Shown piece by piece: positions 42,281 to 42,305 of a stretch of 42,305 nt of DNA. The DNA is from a virus. How positions within the stretch are numbered: position 1 is the first letter of the stretch; each line of letters begins with the position of its first letter. Where the stretch lies: IMG/VR virus record IMGVR_UViG_3300047576_000060; one strand, 5' to 3'. The notes beneath the pieces are model-generated. The model made no database searches, was not told the origin of the DNA, and saw nothing but the letters and a program-made list of their open reading frames with translations. A program made the translations under genes and the position numbers.

Positions 42281-42305
42281 GTACTCTGCGTTGATACCAC
42301 TGCTT
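42281..42305. other. Reverse complement of the same SMART-type primer (library artefact)
   Basis: GTACTCTGCGTTGATACCACTGCTT is the reverse complement of 1-25. Confidence 0.9.

Overview
The window is a complete or near-complete genome (unit length 41,949 bp) of an uncultured, high-GC tailed dsDNA phage. It ends in identical 304-bp direct terminal repeats (27-330 and 41976-42279). Each repeat is capped by a synthetic SMART-type PCR oligo (1-25 and 42281-42305), which is a library artefact. On the + strand, 365-30077 holds a tightly packed late operon, with many ATGA/GTGA start-stop overlaps. It encodes small DNA-binding or unknown proteins, a KTSC protein, large terminase, portal, scaffold-like protein and major capsid protein. 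These are followed by Gly-rich structural proteins, a GNAT acetyltransferase and three large ejection-type proteins. Next come five consecutive fibre/tailspike-type proteins, including a pectate-lyase-like tailspike and a 920-aa protein with an Ig-like domain. The operon ends in a lysis cassette made of a DUF5675 protein, small membrane proteins and a lipoprotein. On the - strand, 30103-37735 is an early/DNA-metabolism operon. It has three DNA methyltransferases plus a truncated fourth, many small Cys-rich ORFs and a RecE-like PD-(D/E)XK exonuclease. The right arm (37.8-41.9 kb) carries Cro/CI-like HTH regulators, DUF1064, a Cas4/DUF2800-like protein and a D5/P4-type primase-helicase. I found no DNA polymerase, RNA polymerase, integrase, tape measure, tRNA or CRISPR. 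The most unusual features are:
- a 43-unit hexanucleotide array, (GGGNNN)43 on the sense strand, at 31786-32043. It is open in all six frames, fits the G-quadruplex motif and splits a gene between two reading frames.
- an iteron-like set of four phased GGTGTAGG 8-mers just inside the right terminal repeat.
- a lysis cassette whose only enzyme candidate is a DUF5675 protein.
- a low-GC methyltransferase island.
- a duplicated tailspike C-terminal motif about 6 kb downstream of the tailspike gene.
All functional calls rest on motif recall and gene order. No searches were run.
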